Shown piece after piece: positions 29,325-42,065 of a DNA stretch of 64,000 nucleotides (the stretch's first letter is position 1; each line of letters opens with the position of its first letter). The notes under the pieces are model-generated. The model was not told the origin of the DNA. It searched no databases and saw only the letters and a program-made list of their open reading frames with translations. The stretch lies in contig OX597816.1 in assembly GCA_951406725.2 (NCBI GenBank), positions 116,994,001 to 117,058,000 of the forward strand. The letters run 5' to 3'. The DNA comes from Octopus vulgaris. Taxonomy: Eukaryota. Position numbers and translations under genes: made by a program.

Positions 29325-31085
29325 TTATATGATGGTAGTATTGGTGATGGTAAATTTCCTTAATGAGATTGAACAGTCATCTAAGCTTCTAGAAGCAAAC
29401 CAAAATCAGATAAAAACCGTTAAATCACTGTCTTGGAAAATGTGTATATTGGCTTATCTTACTTATAAAAATGGATATGACAAGGCATAGAGACTACCTA
29501 AGACAGATAACTAAGACTAAATCCATTCTTTCTCATTTGATCTAAAAGGAGGTTATCACATTGACAAAGTCAGTGTGACCTGCACCATGTTTCAGAAAGC
29601 TTATATTTAATTCTCAGGCGGTTGGCAGCTAATACAATAATTTAAAAACTGTTTTTTAAGGCAGGCATCAATTCTTTATGCACCATGTAATAAAATATAT
29701 AGCTATTTACCTATTTAGTTTATGAAGCTTAAAACATGCAAACTGTTACCTTGTGTAAAGTTTTAATTTTGGAATTTTATGTTAACTATTGATTTAAAGT
29801 TCACTAACCTTTAAAGAAATTATAACCAAACAAGAAACAAGGCACATCAGATGCAAGCTCTTATCTTTTGTTCAATCCCCAAGTGACAGATAGAGAAGTT
29901 TACTTGTCTTTAGAGTTATTCTTTTAAGAGCTCAACTAAGGATAAATTCTATTTTACAAAGTTACCAAGTAGAAAAATTATCTGAGAACTTCTCTTATTG
30001 TTTTTTTATATTTCTCTTGGTTGCTTGTTTTAAAACAATTTAGTTTTATATTTTACTTCTTTTTATTATATTTTTGTTCATCGATTATTTCATTTAGTTT
30101 AAGAACAAAAACTAAAAAAATGTCTTTATCTTTGGATATATATTAAGGTAGAAAATAATGGAGTTTATAATAAGTTATGCACAGAAAGAGTAAAGTGGAT
30201 ATAGGTGGAATGGGAAAGTTCCTTATGAGATAATTGTTGCTATGTCGATGTCTCTGCACCTTTCTTTAAAGAAAAACGAAAACCAATATTCAGAATATTA
30301 ATATTTGACGATTTCAATCTTCCACTTGTATTACATAAAAATCAGGGTATCTCAGGAATAAATGGATATTCACTTAAGCAGCAGAAATAAGCAGAACAAT
30401 TAACTACATTTATAAATTTCAAAAGTTCCTAAAAAAAACTATGAACTTGCATCTCTCGACTACTGACAAAATTTTAATGCTAAGATATTAACACAGTCTG
30501 CTACAACTGTTTTAACACAATTAGCCCTGTTTATTCTAAGATTTATGGGGGAAAATAACAGATTTAAACATTCAAATATTCATCATCATCGTTTTAATAT
30601 CCATTTCTTTATGCTTGCATGGGTCAGGTAGGATTTGTTAAAGAAGATTTTCTATGGCTAGATGCTCTTCATGATGCCAACTTTTATTTGATTCCAAAGA
30701 CACTAATAATTCCCTGGTCTACTGAACAAAGAGCAGCCCAGACATAGATACACAGTGAACTGAAACAAATGACACTGTTTGAACAAGCCTTTTATTTATA
30801 AATATCATACAACATGTGAAGCATGTTAAACAGCCTGGACATGTTTTTGTGGTTGATTGCAGGCAAGAGACACTGCCTATATTGTTCTTCACAGCCAGCA
30901 AATACACATGAAGCTGAGGAGAAATATGAACTCTCTCACATGCACAGACACAGACCCATGCATACATACATATATATATGCATGTATGTATATGTATATA
31001 TGCATATATATGTGTGTGTATATATGTATATATACGTAGATAGTTAGGTAAGTAGATAGATAGAAAGCTAGATAGATAGATAGAA

Positions 31086-31162
<77 letters not shown>

Positions 31163-31929
31163 TAGATATATGACAGACTTCTTCAATATCTACAAGTTTC
31201 ATTGAGAAGGTATTGATTACTCTCTGAATATACTATAAAATACTAGCTGACAACATTCATGTAGCAGGACTGAATTCCTAACTATGAAGTTTCAAATCAA
31301 ACTCCTTAACTATATAACCATGCCTGTACCCAAACATTCAAATAATACTTTGATAAAGTTCATTAAAATATTCCAAACAAGTTGTCCATGTTTCTCCGAA
31401 TAACAACTCTATTCTCAAATGGCAAATCTAATAAAGTTACTAAGTATTTTAAACTAACCTAGATGCTGAGGCTTCCTTAAGCAGTGAGTGAGATTGTTTA
31501 CACTGCCTGTAGAGTGTTACTGAGTTAACCACAGTCAGTTAATCACACCCACAGCACTTGGTGGTTATCTGATGTTTTCTGTCAATATGCAACCAATTGA
31601 ATCGTACTACACTTAAATTAGTAATACTCAACATGGGGTAGCATTTTTTCTTTCTTATCAGATTTGCAAAGTGGTGGTGAAAGATTGTTGGGAATACCAA
31701 AATATTTTAGAACAGGACACATACACATTTAAGAAAAGAGGAGGAAATATTTGTGTAGAAACTACATATGTTCGAAATGGATGCAATTATCAGTATTCTG
31801 AATTGGCATTCCTAAACAATTGTGAATGTTTTTTACACATGAAACCATTGGTAGCATTGTTAACAAACAATAAAGTATATTTACCCATCAAACGCAGTAT
31901 CCAGCATTCAATTTTACTTAGCGATTATA

Positions 31930-32125
31930 TATATCATCATTATCATCATCATCATCCTTTAACATCCATTTTCCATACTGGTATGGGTTGGACAGTTTGA
32001 CCAAGAACTGGCAAGCAAGAGAGCTGCACCAGGTTCCAATATGATGTCACTTGGTTTCTACAGCTGGATTCAAAACACTTTCCAGAGTATGGTGGGTGCT
32101 TTTTACATGGTACCAGCACAGGGCT
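31930..32125 (-). mobile_element. Family C / RTE 3' end fragment (similar fragments at 18150-18325+, 30580-30700-, 35670-35780-, 63000-63250+, 63900-64000+)
   Basis: catcatc..tttaacatccattttccat..catgggttggacagtttgac motif. Confidence 0.7.
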
Positions 32126-32221
32126 CTTGCAGGCCAATCTTCTTCAACAGGGAGAGTGCCATTAATACTTTATATATATATCATATATATATTATATATA
32201 TATATACATATATATATATAT

Positions 32222-32312
<91 letters not shown>

Positions 32313-33719
32313 CTGCATAGCTTCTTTATTCCTCTGCCCATTTTTATAGAACTTTTTTCCATTCCACATGTTTCATAAAACTATGTATGATGATTTCATT
32401 GAAACAGCTCTAGTGACAAATAAGGGGGAGAAAGTTGTTGTTGTGATTGTTGCTGTTCCTCTTCTGCCTCTTACGTAGGACTGATTCTTGATAGCTCAAT
32501 CTAAATATCTTTCTCTCTTTGATTGAATCCCTCAATTTTATATCCTCCTCTCCCTCTTCCTATCCAATATTCTTCACCTTCTGGATAATATATCATTCTT
32601 GATAAACTTCTTTCTTCATCTTCTTATAATCCTTCTACCTCTTCTTCCTACTTTTCTATCATTTTTTCATATTTCTTCCTTCCTTTCTATTTTTGTTATT
32701 CTGGGTCTCTCTCTCTCTCTCTCTCTCTTTAATATATCCTCTTCTTCCTCCTCACTTACTTAAATTATATTCTTCTGTCTCTTCATTTACTTTGCATTAT
32801 TTTTTCTTTCCTTCTTTTTTCTTCTTTTTGATCTTCTTAACCTTCTCCCTTTCTTCCTCTCCTTGATCTTCATTTCAATTTCTCTTATCCTCCATGCTTG
32901 ATTTTTCTCAAATCGAAGCCTAAATTGACAGTTCAAACTGTTTTCTGTTCCATTAAGACGCCTCCTTCTGAGAAAATTACAACTTGACAGTACAACACCT
33001 TCAAAAATCTTCAAATTACTGGCAACAGACCGCTAATCCCAGTGGAAGCAAAGCTAAAGAATTCTTTGAATCCAAGAACTGACACAGATCCTTTAACTAA
33101 AGCCAAACAGGTATTCCTTTTGTTTGACTGTCAGCTTCACTCAACTTCATGTTTCCTTTATATTTTTCCTTCTTATTATCCATACTCTGGCTCTTGTCAT
33201 TGCTTGCCGTTGTTGTTGTTGTTGCTGTTGTTGCTGCTACTGTGTTTGTTGTTGATCATCTCAGTGTTCTTGCCATAATCCCTCTATTTTAACCCATTCA
33301 ATAGAGATTTCTGTTTGTTTTCCACATACTTCCTTCCCCCCTAATCCTTTCTTTCTATAACCTTTCAGTTACAACTTTCTAAATTCCTTTCAGCATCTTC
33401 ATCAAGTATATTCATCTTTACTTGTTCACAACAGATTCTCCTGATTTATTCTGGCATCAGTTCTTTGTCTTTAGGATTATGCTCAATTATGCTTCATTTT
33501 TCCACAGCTTTTCACAGTTGCCTCCATTTTCCCAACATCAGCTTCTTACATTCATTCTCTCTCTATCTCTCTCTCTCTCTCTCTCTCTTTCTCATAGTCT
33601 GCTCCCCGCTTCCTGTTTTTCTCTTTCTGGGGACATATATATTACACAACTCAGTATTAACTTAATAATTCTTATATCACCATATCCCTTTGTTTTCATC
33701 ATATCCTATCATTGATTTA

Positions 33720-33960
33720 CACCCTCACACCTTCTCCCTGTCTTTCTCTTTCTCTCCCTCTTTCTCTCTCTCATTCTCACATCCTTTCTTTTTCCTCTCT
33801 CTCTCTCTCCCTCTTTCTCTCGCTCATTCTCACATCCTTTCTTTTTCCCTCTCTCTCTTCCTCTTTCTCTCACTCATTCTCACATCCTTTCTTTTTCCCT
33901 CTCTCTCTCTCTCTCTCCTTTTCTTACATCCTTTTTTCTCCCTTTCTCCCTCTTTCTTTC
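33720..33960. repeat. Polypyrimidine tract with ~50-bp tandem units
   Basis: ctcattctcacatcctttctttttccctctctc repeated at ~33770, 33823, 33873, partial at 33920. Confidence 0.85.
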
Positions 33961-34220
33961 TCCCTATAATGTTACTTTACTTTCACTCTCTCTCTCACTC
34001 ATTCACTTACTCTCTATATTCCTAACTCCCACTCTCTAAACCCTTCTCTCCTAGTATTTCATTCATATAACTTTATATTAATCACAGTATCTTCTCCATT
34101 TCTTTCAGTTCTTCATTACCAATTTTTCTTTCTCCCTTTGTCTCTCCCACTTACACATACATGCTGTCATACACACACACACACACATTAAAAAAAAATA
34201 TATATATATATACATATATA

Positions 34221-34630
34221 GGCGCAGGAGTGGCTGTGTGGTAAGTAGCTTGTTTACCAACCACATGGTTCCGGGTTCCGTCCCACTGCGTGGTACCTTG
34301 GGCAAGTGTCTTCTACTATAGCCTCAGGCCGACCAAAGCCTTGTGAGTGGATTTGGTAGACGGAAACTGAAAGAAGCCCGTCGTATATATGTATATATAT
34401 ATATATGCGTGTGTGTGTTTGTGTGTCTGTGTGTGTCCCCTTAGCATTGTTTGACAACCGATGCTGGTGTGTTTATGTCCCCGTTACTTAGCGGTTCGGC
34501 AAAAAGAGACCAATAGAATAAGTACTGCGCTTACAAAAGAATGAGTCCCGGGGTCGAGTTGCTCAATTAAAGGCGGTGCTCCAGCGTGGCCGCAGTCAAA
34601 TGACTGAAACAAGTAAAAGAGTAAAAGAGT
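34221..34630 (+). mobile_element. SINE family A, full-length CpG-retaining (young) copy
   Basis: tRNA-like A box (tggctgtgtggt) and B box (ggttccgtcc), central TA/TG microsatellite, (aaaagagt)n tail, TA flanks. Confidence 0.93.
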
Positions 34631-35449
34631 ATATATAAGTTACATAGAAATTATTCGTTTTCTGTCTAATTTGACTGCATATCCTTATATACTCATTTCA
34701 TTCTCTCACTCTCTTTCCTTCTCACACTTTCTCTCTCTCTACCTTTCTATCTGTCTGTCTATCTTATCTGTCTATCTTTCTTTCTACACACACACACTGA
34801 CATATAAATAAATACAGGTATATCAAATACCATATAACCCATATGTATCAAAATTATCTCTGTCTCTAAAGGAACACAAAGAGTAGAATACATTTATGTC
34901 CTAAACCATAAATGTGATCTATTCTTTTTTGTATGTATCCATGTCCCCTGGCTACTTGAGATAGGGTACAACAATTATTATACTGATAATATCTAATGAG
35001 CAGAAACATTTGAACAGAGCTGTCTTACTTTTAGACAATATGTCTGTCCTATTCTTTAATGGCTTGTCAACTTCAGAGAAGTTTTGATTTTTTATATCAT
35101 CTTATCTTCTCATATAGATCTGTGATAATTGCGATACATTTATATTTGTTCATATACATGCTACTGGCCACTCTGAGTTATTTCTCTTAGCTCATTTTCA
35201 TTTGATATATATATATATATATATAAATGTCAAATGACAAGAATGAGTGCTCAACACTGCATTGGTGGATAAAATTTCTCTATTTGTGTATGAAGGCAAC
35301 CATTGGTTTCATGTTAAGAAAAATATCTTAATATCTTAACAAACTTTTCAAGTTGAATCACATGGAGGAATGGTGTTTGTTTCTATTTCGGATGAAAACA
35401 CAAAAGAGACTCAGAAAAAGTTTGAGGAATTCACAAAAATATATATTGA

Positions 35450-35587
35450 TTGAGTCAGTTTCTTATTACTCTGAGTTTCACCAGTAGATGCACAAGTTCT
35501 TCAGGTGAGTTGTTATGACAATCATAATTTGCTGGAAGAATCTATGCTCCTACAGGTGAAATTCAGAATAACAAGAGACTGACTCAA
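35450..35587. repeat. ~138-bp imperfect palindrome (foldback)
   Basis: ttgagtcagtttcttattactctgagtttcaccagtag.. pairs with ..ctacaggtgaaattcagaataacaagagactgactcaa. Confidence 0.85.
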
Positions 35588-35844
35588 CCCAAATAAAATA
35601 TATTATTAATTATCACTAGAGCACTGAATACTCTTTCTTCCCAACAGTTAAACACTAAATGGATACAGTATTATCATCATCATTTTATGTCCATTTTCCA
35701 TGCTTGCATGGGTTGGACAGTTTTACAGGAGCTGACAACTGCACAAGGCACCAATTGTCTGTTTTGGCAAGGTTTCTATCTCTCTGTCTTACTAGGTAGC
35801 TATTTATTTATCTATCTATCTATCTATGCATGTATGTTTGTATG

Positions 35845-35898
<54 letters not shown>

Positions 35899-35989
35899 CA
35901 TGTGTGTGTATATATACATCCCAGATGTAGAAGATGCATAGGAGCCATACAAACTACAGTTACTTGGGAAATTGATTTTTCAAATGCCT

Positions 35990-37200
35990 CAGAGACTCAT
36001 TAGAGGTAGTGAATAATTTCTGCTGCCTGGGGGATCAAATTAGTAGTGGGGGATGACACATGGAAAGTATAATAACTAGAATAAGAATAGGATGGAGAAA
36101 ATTCAGAGAGCTTTTATCTCTGTTGGCAATCAAAGGTTTCTCTATCTGAGTGAAAGTAAGATTGCATGATGCATGTATACGAACAGCAATTCTACATGGT
36201 GGTGAGACATGGGCCCTGAATGCAGAGGACATGTAAAGGCTAGAGAGAAATGAGACTAATATGCCCCATTGGATGTTTAAATAAGTGTACATATTCTACA
36301 GAATGCTCATGTATTCAGAGAGAAATTAGACATAAGAGGAATTATACACAGTGTGTAAGAGAGAAGACTGCACTGATTTGGTTATGTGATGCAAATGGAT
36401 GGCCGACAGCTCCATAAAGAAGTGCTGAATTCATGGAAGAGGGAGCCGCAGGAAGACATGGGTCAAGGTACTGAAGGATGACCTCAGGATGCCGAACATT
36501 TCAGACAAGATGAGAAAAGACCGAGATATCTGGTGCCTAGCTCTACTCAAGAAGACCTGTCCTTCACAAAAGAAGTGTTAGCTGTTCAAGAATTTGAACC
36601 TGGAGATCTCCATTTCCAGCGACTTCGAGGGCCACCTCCCAGTGGTGTCGGGCGTCAACGAAGAGCCCTCAACTACAAAAAGACGACCAAAGTTTTTTTT
36701 TCCAAGGTCTGGGGTCTCCCTCCCCTAATCCCTAGACCATCACCTAATCACCCTTACCCGTCTTGTTGCTTAACAACAACAACAAGTAGAAGTGTTAAGG
36801 CTACTCACCTTGGTAAAAAGGATTATTCTGCAAGAGACTTGTGCAGGTGACACATAAAAAGCACTCAAGTTGGTGCCACATAAAAGTGCTCGTATTAGTG
36901 CCATGTAAAAAGCACCCAGCATACACTGTAAAATGGTTGGTATTAGGAAGGGCATCAAGCTGTAGAAACCAAACCAAATCAGACTAGAACCTGGTGCAAC
37001 TCCACAGCTTGTCAGCTCTGGTCAAACTGTCCAACCCATGCCAGCATGGAAAATGAACATTAAAGGATGATGAGGACGTCGATGATGATGATGATGATGA
37101 TGATAAAGATGCTGATGATGATGAGGAGGAGGAGGACGAGGACGAGGAGGACAAGGAGGAGGACGTTAACGACGATGACGACGAAGATGATGATGATGAT
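35990..37200 (+). mobile_element. Decayed RTE-clade LINE 3' part (RT C-terminus 35990-36540; 3' UTR and expanded GAT/GAG tail 36790-37200)
   Basis: LEVVNNFCCLGDQISSGG*..RIRIGWRKFRELL..RLHDACIRTAILHGGETWAL..RLERNE with stops. Confidence 0.85.
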
Positions 37201-37467
37201 CCTTTCACCTTTACACTTCATTTATCTTCTCATTTCCATCTTGTTTAGTTATGATATACACATGCTCAATTCGAGTGACTTTATAGAAGATAGCAAGCTA
37301 ATAGGAAGCCGCTGTACAGTCACAGGCCCTAAATCTTTTAAGGTGATAAACTTGATCTGTTGCATGGTTTAAAATTATAAACATACATTGACACAATTTA
37401 TAAATATATTGTAAATGACATCTGTAACAGTTAAACTCTCACTCCCTTGAGAAGAAAACTCTATTAA

Positions 37468-38098
37468 TCAAAGTTTCAAGGACGAGAATTCCTGGAAAAT
37501 TCCGATGGTTTCATGGAAAGTTCCGAGGATGAAACTTCCTGGAAAATTCCGGGCATTTCCTGGAAAGTTCCGAGGAGGAGAAATTCCTGGAAAGTTCCAA
37601 GGATGTAAATTCCTGGGAAATTCCGATGACTTCCTGCAAAGTTCTGAGGATGAGAGACTTCCTGGAAAGTTCCGAGGACGAGAATTCCAGGAAAATTCCG
37701 GGGATTTCATGGAAAGTTTCGAAGATGATACTTCCTGGAAATTCCGAAGATTTCCTGCAAAGTTCTGAGGATGAGAGAATTCCTGGAAAGTTCCGAGGAT
37801 GAGAATTCCTGCGAAATTCTGAGGACTTACAGGAAACTTCCGTGGATGAGAGACTTCCTGGAAATTTCCGAGGATTAAATTTCCTAGAAAATTCAATGAG
37901 TCTGCCTGCAATATTCCGAGGACTTCCTAGAAAGTTCCGAGGATGAGAGACGTCCTGGAAAGATCCGAAGATGAGACTTCCTTGGAAATTCCTAAGTTTT
38001 CCTGGAATGTTCCTAGGATGAGAAACTTCTGAAAAATTCCGATGATGAGAATTTCTAGGAAATTCCGAGGACTTCCTGGAAAGTTCTGAGGATGAGAC
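37468..38098. repeat. Minisatellite, ~25 units of ~21 and ~27 bp, core TTCCTGGAAAGTTCCGAGGA(TGAGAA)
   Basis: Direct reading of repeated core. Confidence 0.93.
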
Positions 38099-38149
38099 TC
38101 AGCTGAGCTGAGCACCAGCATCAGTATGATGAGAACATCTTTGTTGTTG

Positions 38150-38320
38150 ATGACCATTTTGATCAACAGAAAAGCTTCTTCGCCAGTATGATTCAAGCAT
38201 TGCAACTACTTATGGAAATGTTTGAAAAGTAAGTGGAACTATGTTAGAAAATGAACTTCATTTGGTCATATTCCATTGAGAGTGTCTTGCTCAGATTATG
38301 AACATTTCAGCTGACCCTCA
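38150..38320 (+). mobile_element. mariner transposase 3' remnant plus right TIR
   Basis: FDQQKSFF..IQALQ..W....NYVRK-like C-terminus; ends gaacatttcagctgaccctca followed by TA. Confidence 0.6.
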
Positions 38321-38439
38321 TAATAATAAAAATTATTATTATACCTGCATTTGTTTTACTGTTAACATTGGAAAAATCCACATTTTTCATTTAAAAATTA
38401 GGACCTGGTTTGCACTTCCTCAGCAAATTTTGTTGCTGG

Positions 38440-38989
38440 GCCACTGCATTGAAGAATTTTTAGTTAAATGAATCAATCTCAGTATCTATTTTTTTAAGCC
38501 TAACACTTATCCTATTGATCTCTTTTACTGAACAGGGACATAAACACACCAACACTAGTTGTCAAGCAGTGGTAGGGGACACAAAGACACATACACATAG
38601 ATATACAAATATACATATATACAACAGGCTTCTTTCAGTTTCCATTTGCCAAATCCACTCACAAGGTTTTGGTCAACTAAGGCTATAGTAGAAGACACTT
38701 GCCCAATGTACCATGCCATGGGACTGAACCCAGAACTATGTAGCTGGGGAGCAAGTTTCTTGAAATATTATCTCTGCTGTCAACAAAGGGGTTCTCTCTT
38801 TAAGTAAAAAGTAGTTTTTGTAGTGACTGTGTGATTATGATGCTCACTTTCCAACCATATGATTTCAGGTTCAGTCCCACAGCACACTTGCACAAGTATC
38901 TTCTATATATCCCCAGGCCAACCAATGCCATGTCAGTGAATTTGGTAGACGGAAACTGCATGGAAGCCCATCACACGTGTGTGTGTATG

Positions 38990-39051
<62 letters not shown>

Positions 39052-39280
39052 TGTATGTATGTATGTGTGTGTATAGATATAAGTATGTGTGTATGTATGT
39101 GTGTGTATTTTTGTATTGGTGTTTGTCCATTACTATCACATGAATGTAAGTTAGTAGTTCAACAAAAAGGACTTATGCAATAAGTATCAAACTTAAAATA
39201 AGTTCTAGGGTTGATTTATTGAACAAAGCCCTTCAAGGAGGTGCCCCAGCATGGCCACAGTCCAATGACTGAATCAAGAA
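38440..39280. mobile_element. Head-to-head pair of family A SINEs (38440-38760 minus; 38822-39280 plus)
   Basis: Similarity to 34221-34630 on both strands. Confidence 0.75.
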
Positions 39281-39294
39281 AAAGACACAACATA

Positions 39295-39720
39295 CAAAGT
39301 GCAATATTGCATGATAGTGAAACACAAGCATTAAATACAGATGATGTGCAAAGGATGGAAAGAAATGAAAACACTGGATGTGTAATATTTGTGTGCAAGA
39401 AAAAATCACAGATGAGTTGACAGAAAAAGTGAGTATAAGAGAAATCAGTTTTAGTGGGTAATAGAAAAGATTGCACTGGTACAGACACATATATATGAAT
39501 GATGATATTTGGGTAATGAAGTGCCAAGAGGTCTTATTGGAAGGAAGCTGTGGAAGAGAAAGTGCGAAATATTAATGGGCAGAAGTGGTGAAAGTTAATC
39601 TCTGGTTGCTGAACTTCATAGAGATAACAAGTGGTGAGATGCTCTCTGTGTTGAAGGAAGACCTGTTCAACCAACGCAAGCATGGAGAAAAAACAGATGT
39701 GAAATGACTGACGATGATGG
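39295..39720 (+). mobile_element. Decayed RTE LINE 3' remnant
   Basis: SAILHDSETQALNTDDVQRMERNE..WMCNI; paralogous to 36180-36400; same 3' terminus. Confidence 0.72.
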
Positions 39721-41371
39721 TGTGTGTGTGTGTGTGTGTGTGAATATACACACACACACACACACACAAATAGATTCATATAAACCCATGCTATTCACTG
39801 TCTATTATAGTTTATTATAATCCTTCTGCATAAACATATACGATATGTTATTTAGTGCTTTATGTCAAGTGTTAAGAAATAAACTAAATAAAGGGATCTA
39901 ATTCTCACAAAAATAAAATTAGTCAATTCCCCCCCACACACACACACACACACACACACATGTACAACACACATATACACATACATTCACACATAAACAT
40001 GTACACCTACACTTACTAACTGAAACTAGTTCTCATGGCTATTGTAGTCAAAAACAAATCTTTTGAATAAGATAAAAAAAAAAGATATTGAAAAAAATTG
40101 GTTTCACTTCATAATCTATTCCTTGTTATTTCATTGATTCAGTTTTAAGAATATATTTCTTATATTTTATGATTATCATTCTTTATTTTTCTTACATTTT
40201 CCTGAGTATTTTCCCTCCATTTCTTCTTTTCTTTTTGTATTTTATTTTACTGTTAATATTCTAACAAAAATAATTTGAAAAATAATTGCCAAGCTAGATT
40301 ACAAATGAGTTAACCAAATTTTTGACCGACAGCTATTAGCAGTGTAACATCTCAAACATCACAGCTAATTGAACAAGATCACAAATTAATGGAACCACGT
40401 CAAAGTTTGAACAATCCATCTAGTTTTCAAACAAGCTGACCTTCTATTAGCCTCAAGCCACAAAAATTTTTGGATTGTGAAAGAAAGAAAAAAATAGAAT
40501 CAATAATAAAATGAAATATAATAAAGAACACAACCCAGATCTCTAATTACAATATACCAGAGATTTTTGGAGAATTTTGCTATGCTTTGCTTTTATAATT
40601 ATTTTATGTTGTTATTACTGTTGTTGCTGTTGTTTTATTTTTCTTATCTCTTTATTAGAGTGAACATCAATAACCAGATAAATTCATCTAACCAAATTAG
40701 TGAAATAGATGTTCTGAATGGCAGAAAGAAAAGACATATGATTAACTTGGAGTGGAGGGAAGTTGGGTGGAGACTGAAGGAAATCCATGTGATATCTGAA
40801 GAAAATATAGAAAAAGAAATACTCAAAAATTTAGTTTGGGATATAGCACAATAGCTTTGATTTGTAATTCAAGTTTGAAGGAAACTTTAAAATATTCTAC
40901 CATCAAAGTGATTTCATACTTGTGACAAATTCACCAATTTTTAACAGTCCATTAGCTAAAATAGGAAGGCAGTTACCTTCAATTCCAAATGATACAACAC
41001 TCAACTTAGAATCTACAGTATACTATGGTACATTTTAGGGTGTATTGTATGTATTGGGTGCAATCATTAAAAACTTATCACTGATGTAAGGGGCACTGGC
41101 TTCCAGGTCAGTGGGTTAATGCAATAAGCATTTTCAGAATTGTAGATACTGAGTCAGTTTTTAATTGATATTCCAAACCAAATCTTATACAAAGCTGAAT
41201 ACTATCACTGTTAAGTGATTAGTCTGTATGGATCAGCACTTTCTAAATGCATGTTGATTTTATTCAGTGCATACAAATTACCTTCACATTCTAGACTTTA
41301 GATATCCCTTCTAGTCATATCAACTGAGATGCGTGCATGTAGACAGATAGATAGATATAGCATTCAGGAAA

Positions 41372-41414
41372 GATAGACATCGATGTTTCATCACTTTTGT
41401 GACTTATCAATACC
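41372..41414 (-). ncRNA. Minimal type-I hammerhead ribozyme, U3-A8 core variant
   Basis: GGUA-UUGAUAA-GUCAC-aaaa-GUGAU-GAA-ACAUCGAUGU-C|UAUC; all three stems pair. Confidence 0.72.
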
Positions 41415-41690
41415 ACATACCTAACAAGAGGCCTGATGTAAGCTAAATCGCTGTCTATGACTATATGTAAAATGGTGTAAGAACCATCTGCTGTTATTGT
41501 CCCGACATTTCATACCATTGAAGTTATCTCGCTTGTCTATGACTTCCAGGAGTTTTAACACCAAGTGAATTGATGAGAATATATTCTCCTACGCCTATAA
41601 GCGCAGCCTACTCATGAACTAGCAAAACACATGCCCTGTGTATGTGTGTTCGATATTGCTTATATCCCTTTCATATTTGAATATATAAAT

Positions 41691-41847
41691 AGGAATGGCT
41701 GTGTGGTAAGTAGCTTGCTTACCAACCACATGGTTCCGGATTCAGTCCCACTGTGTGGTACCTTGCATAAATGTCTTCTACTATAGCCTCGGGCCGACCA
41801 AAGCCTTGTGAGTGGATTTGGTAGACGGAAACTGAAAGAATCCCGTC
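41691..41847 (+). mobile_element. SINE family A, 5' half
   Basis: Close match to 34225-34382. Confidence 0.9.
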
Positions 41848-42065
41848 TTATCTGAATATATTAAAACACGGCTTTACCATTTAAATTACCAACTACTGCT
41901 AACCTTATAGCAAGGCCTATGCATAGTGAGGTAATACACCAGTAGTGCCTAAAGATATATTTATCCTTTTGACGGTTGCATAACCTCTAACTCTATAGCA
42001 ATTTTAACATATATATTTCTTACTAAGCAACATTAGCCTGAAAAACTCAAACATCTACTGGTAAA

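Noticed and set aside
37468-38098. CRISPR-like or repeat-protein interpretation of the array (ORFs 37468-37911, 37505-37768)
   Set aside because: No unique spacers, degenerate units, eukaryotic context without cas genes; reading frames shift between units.
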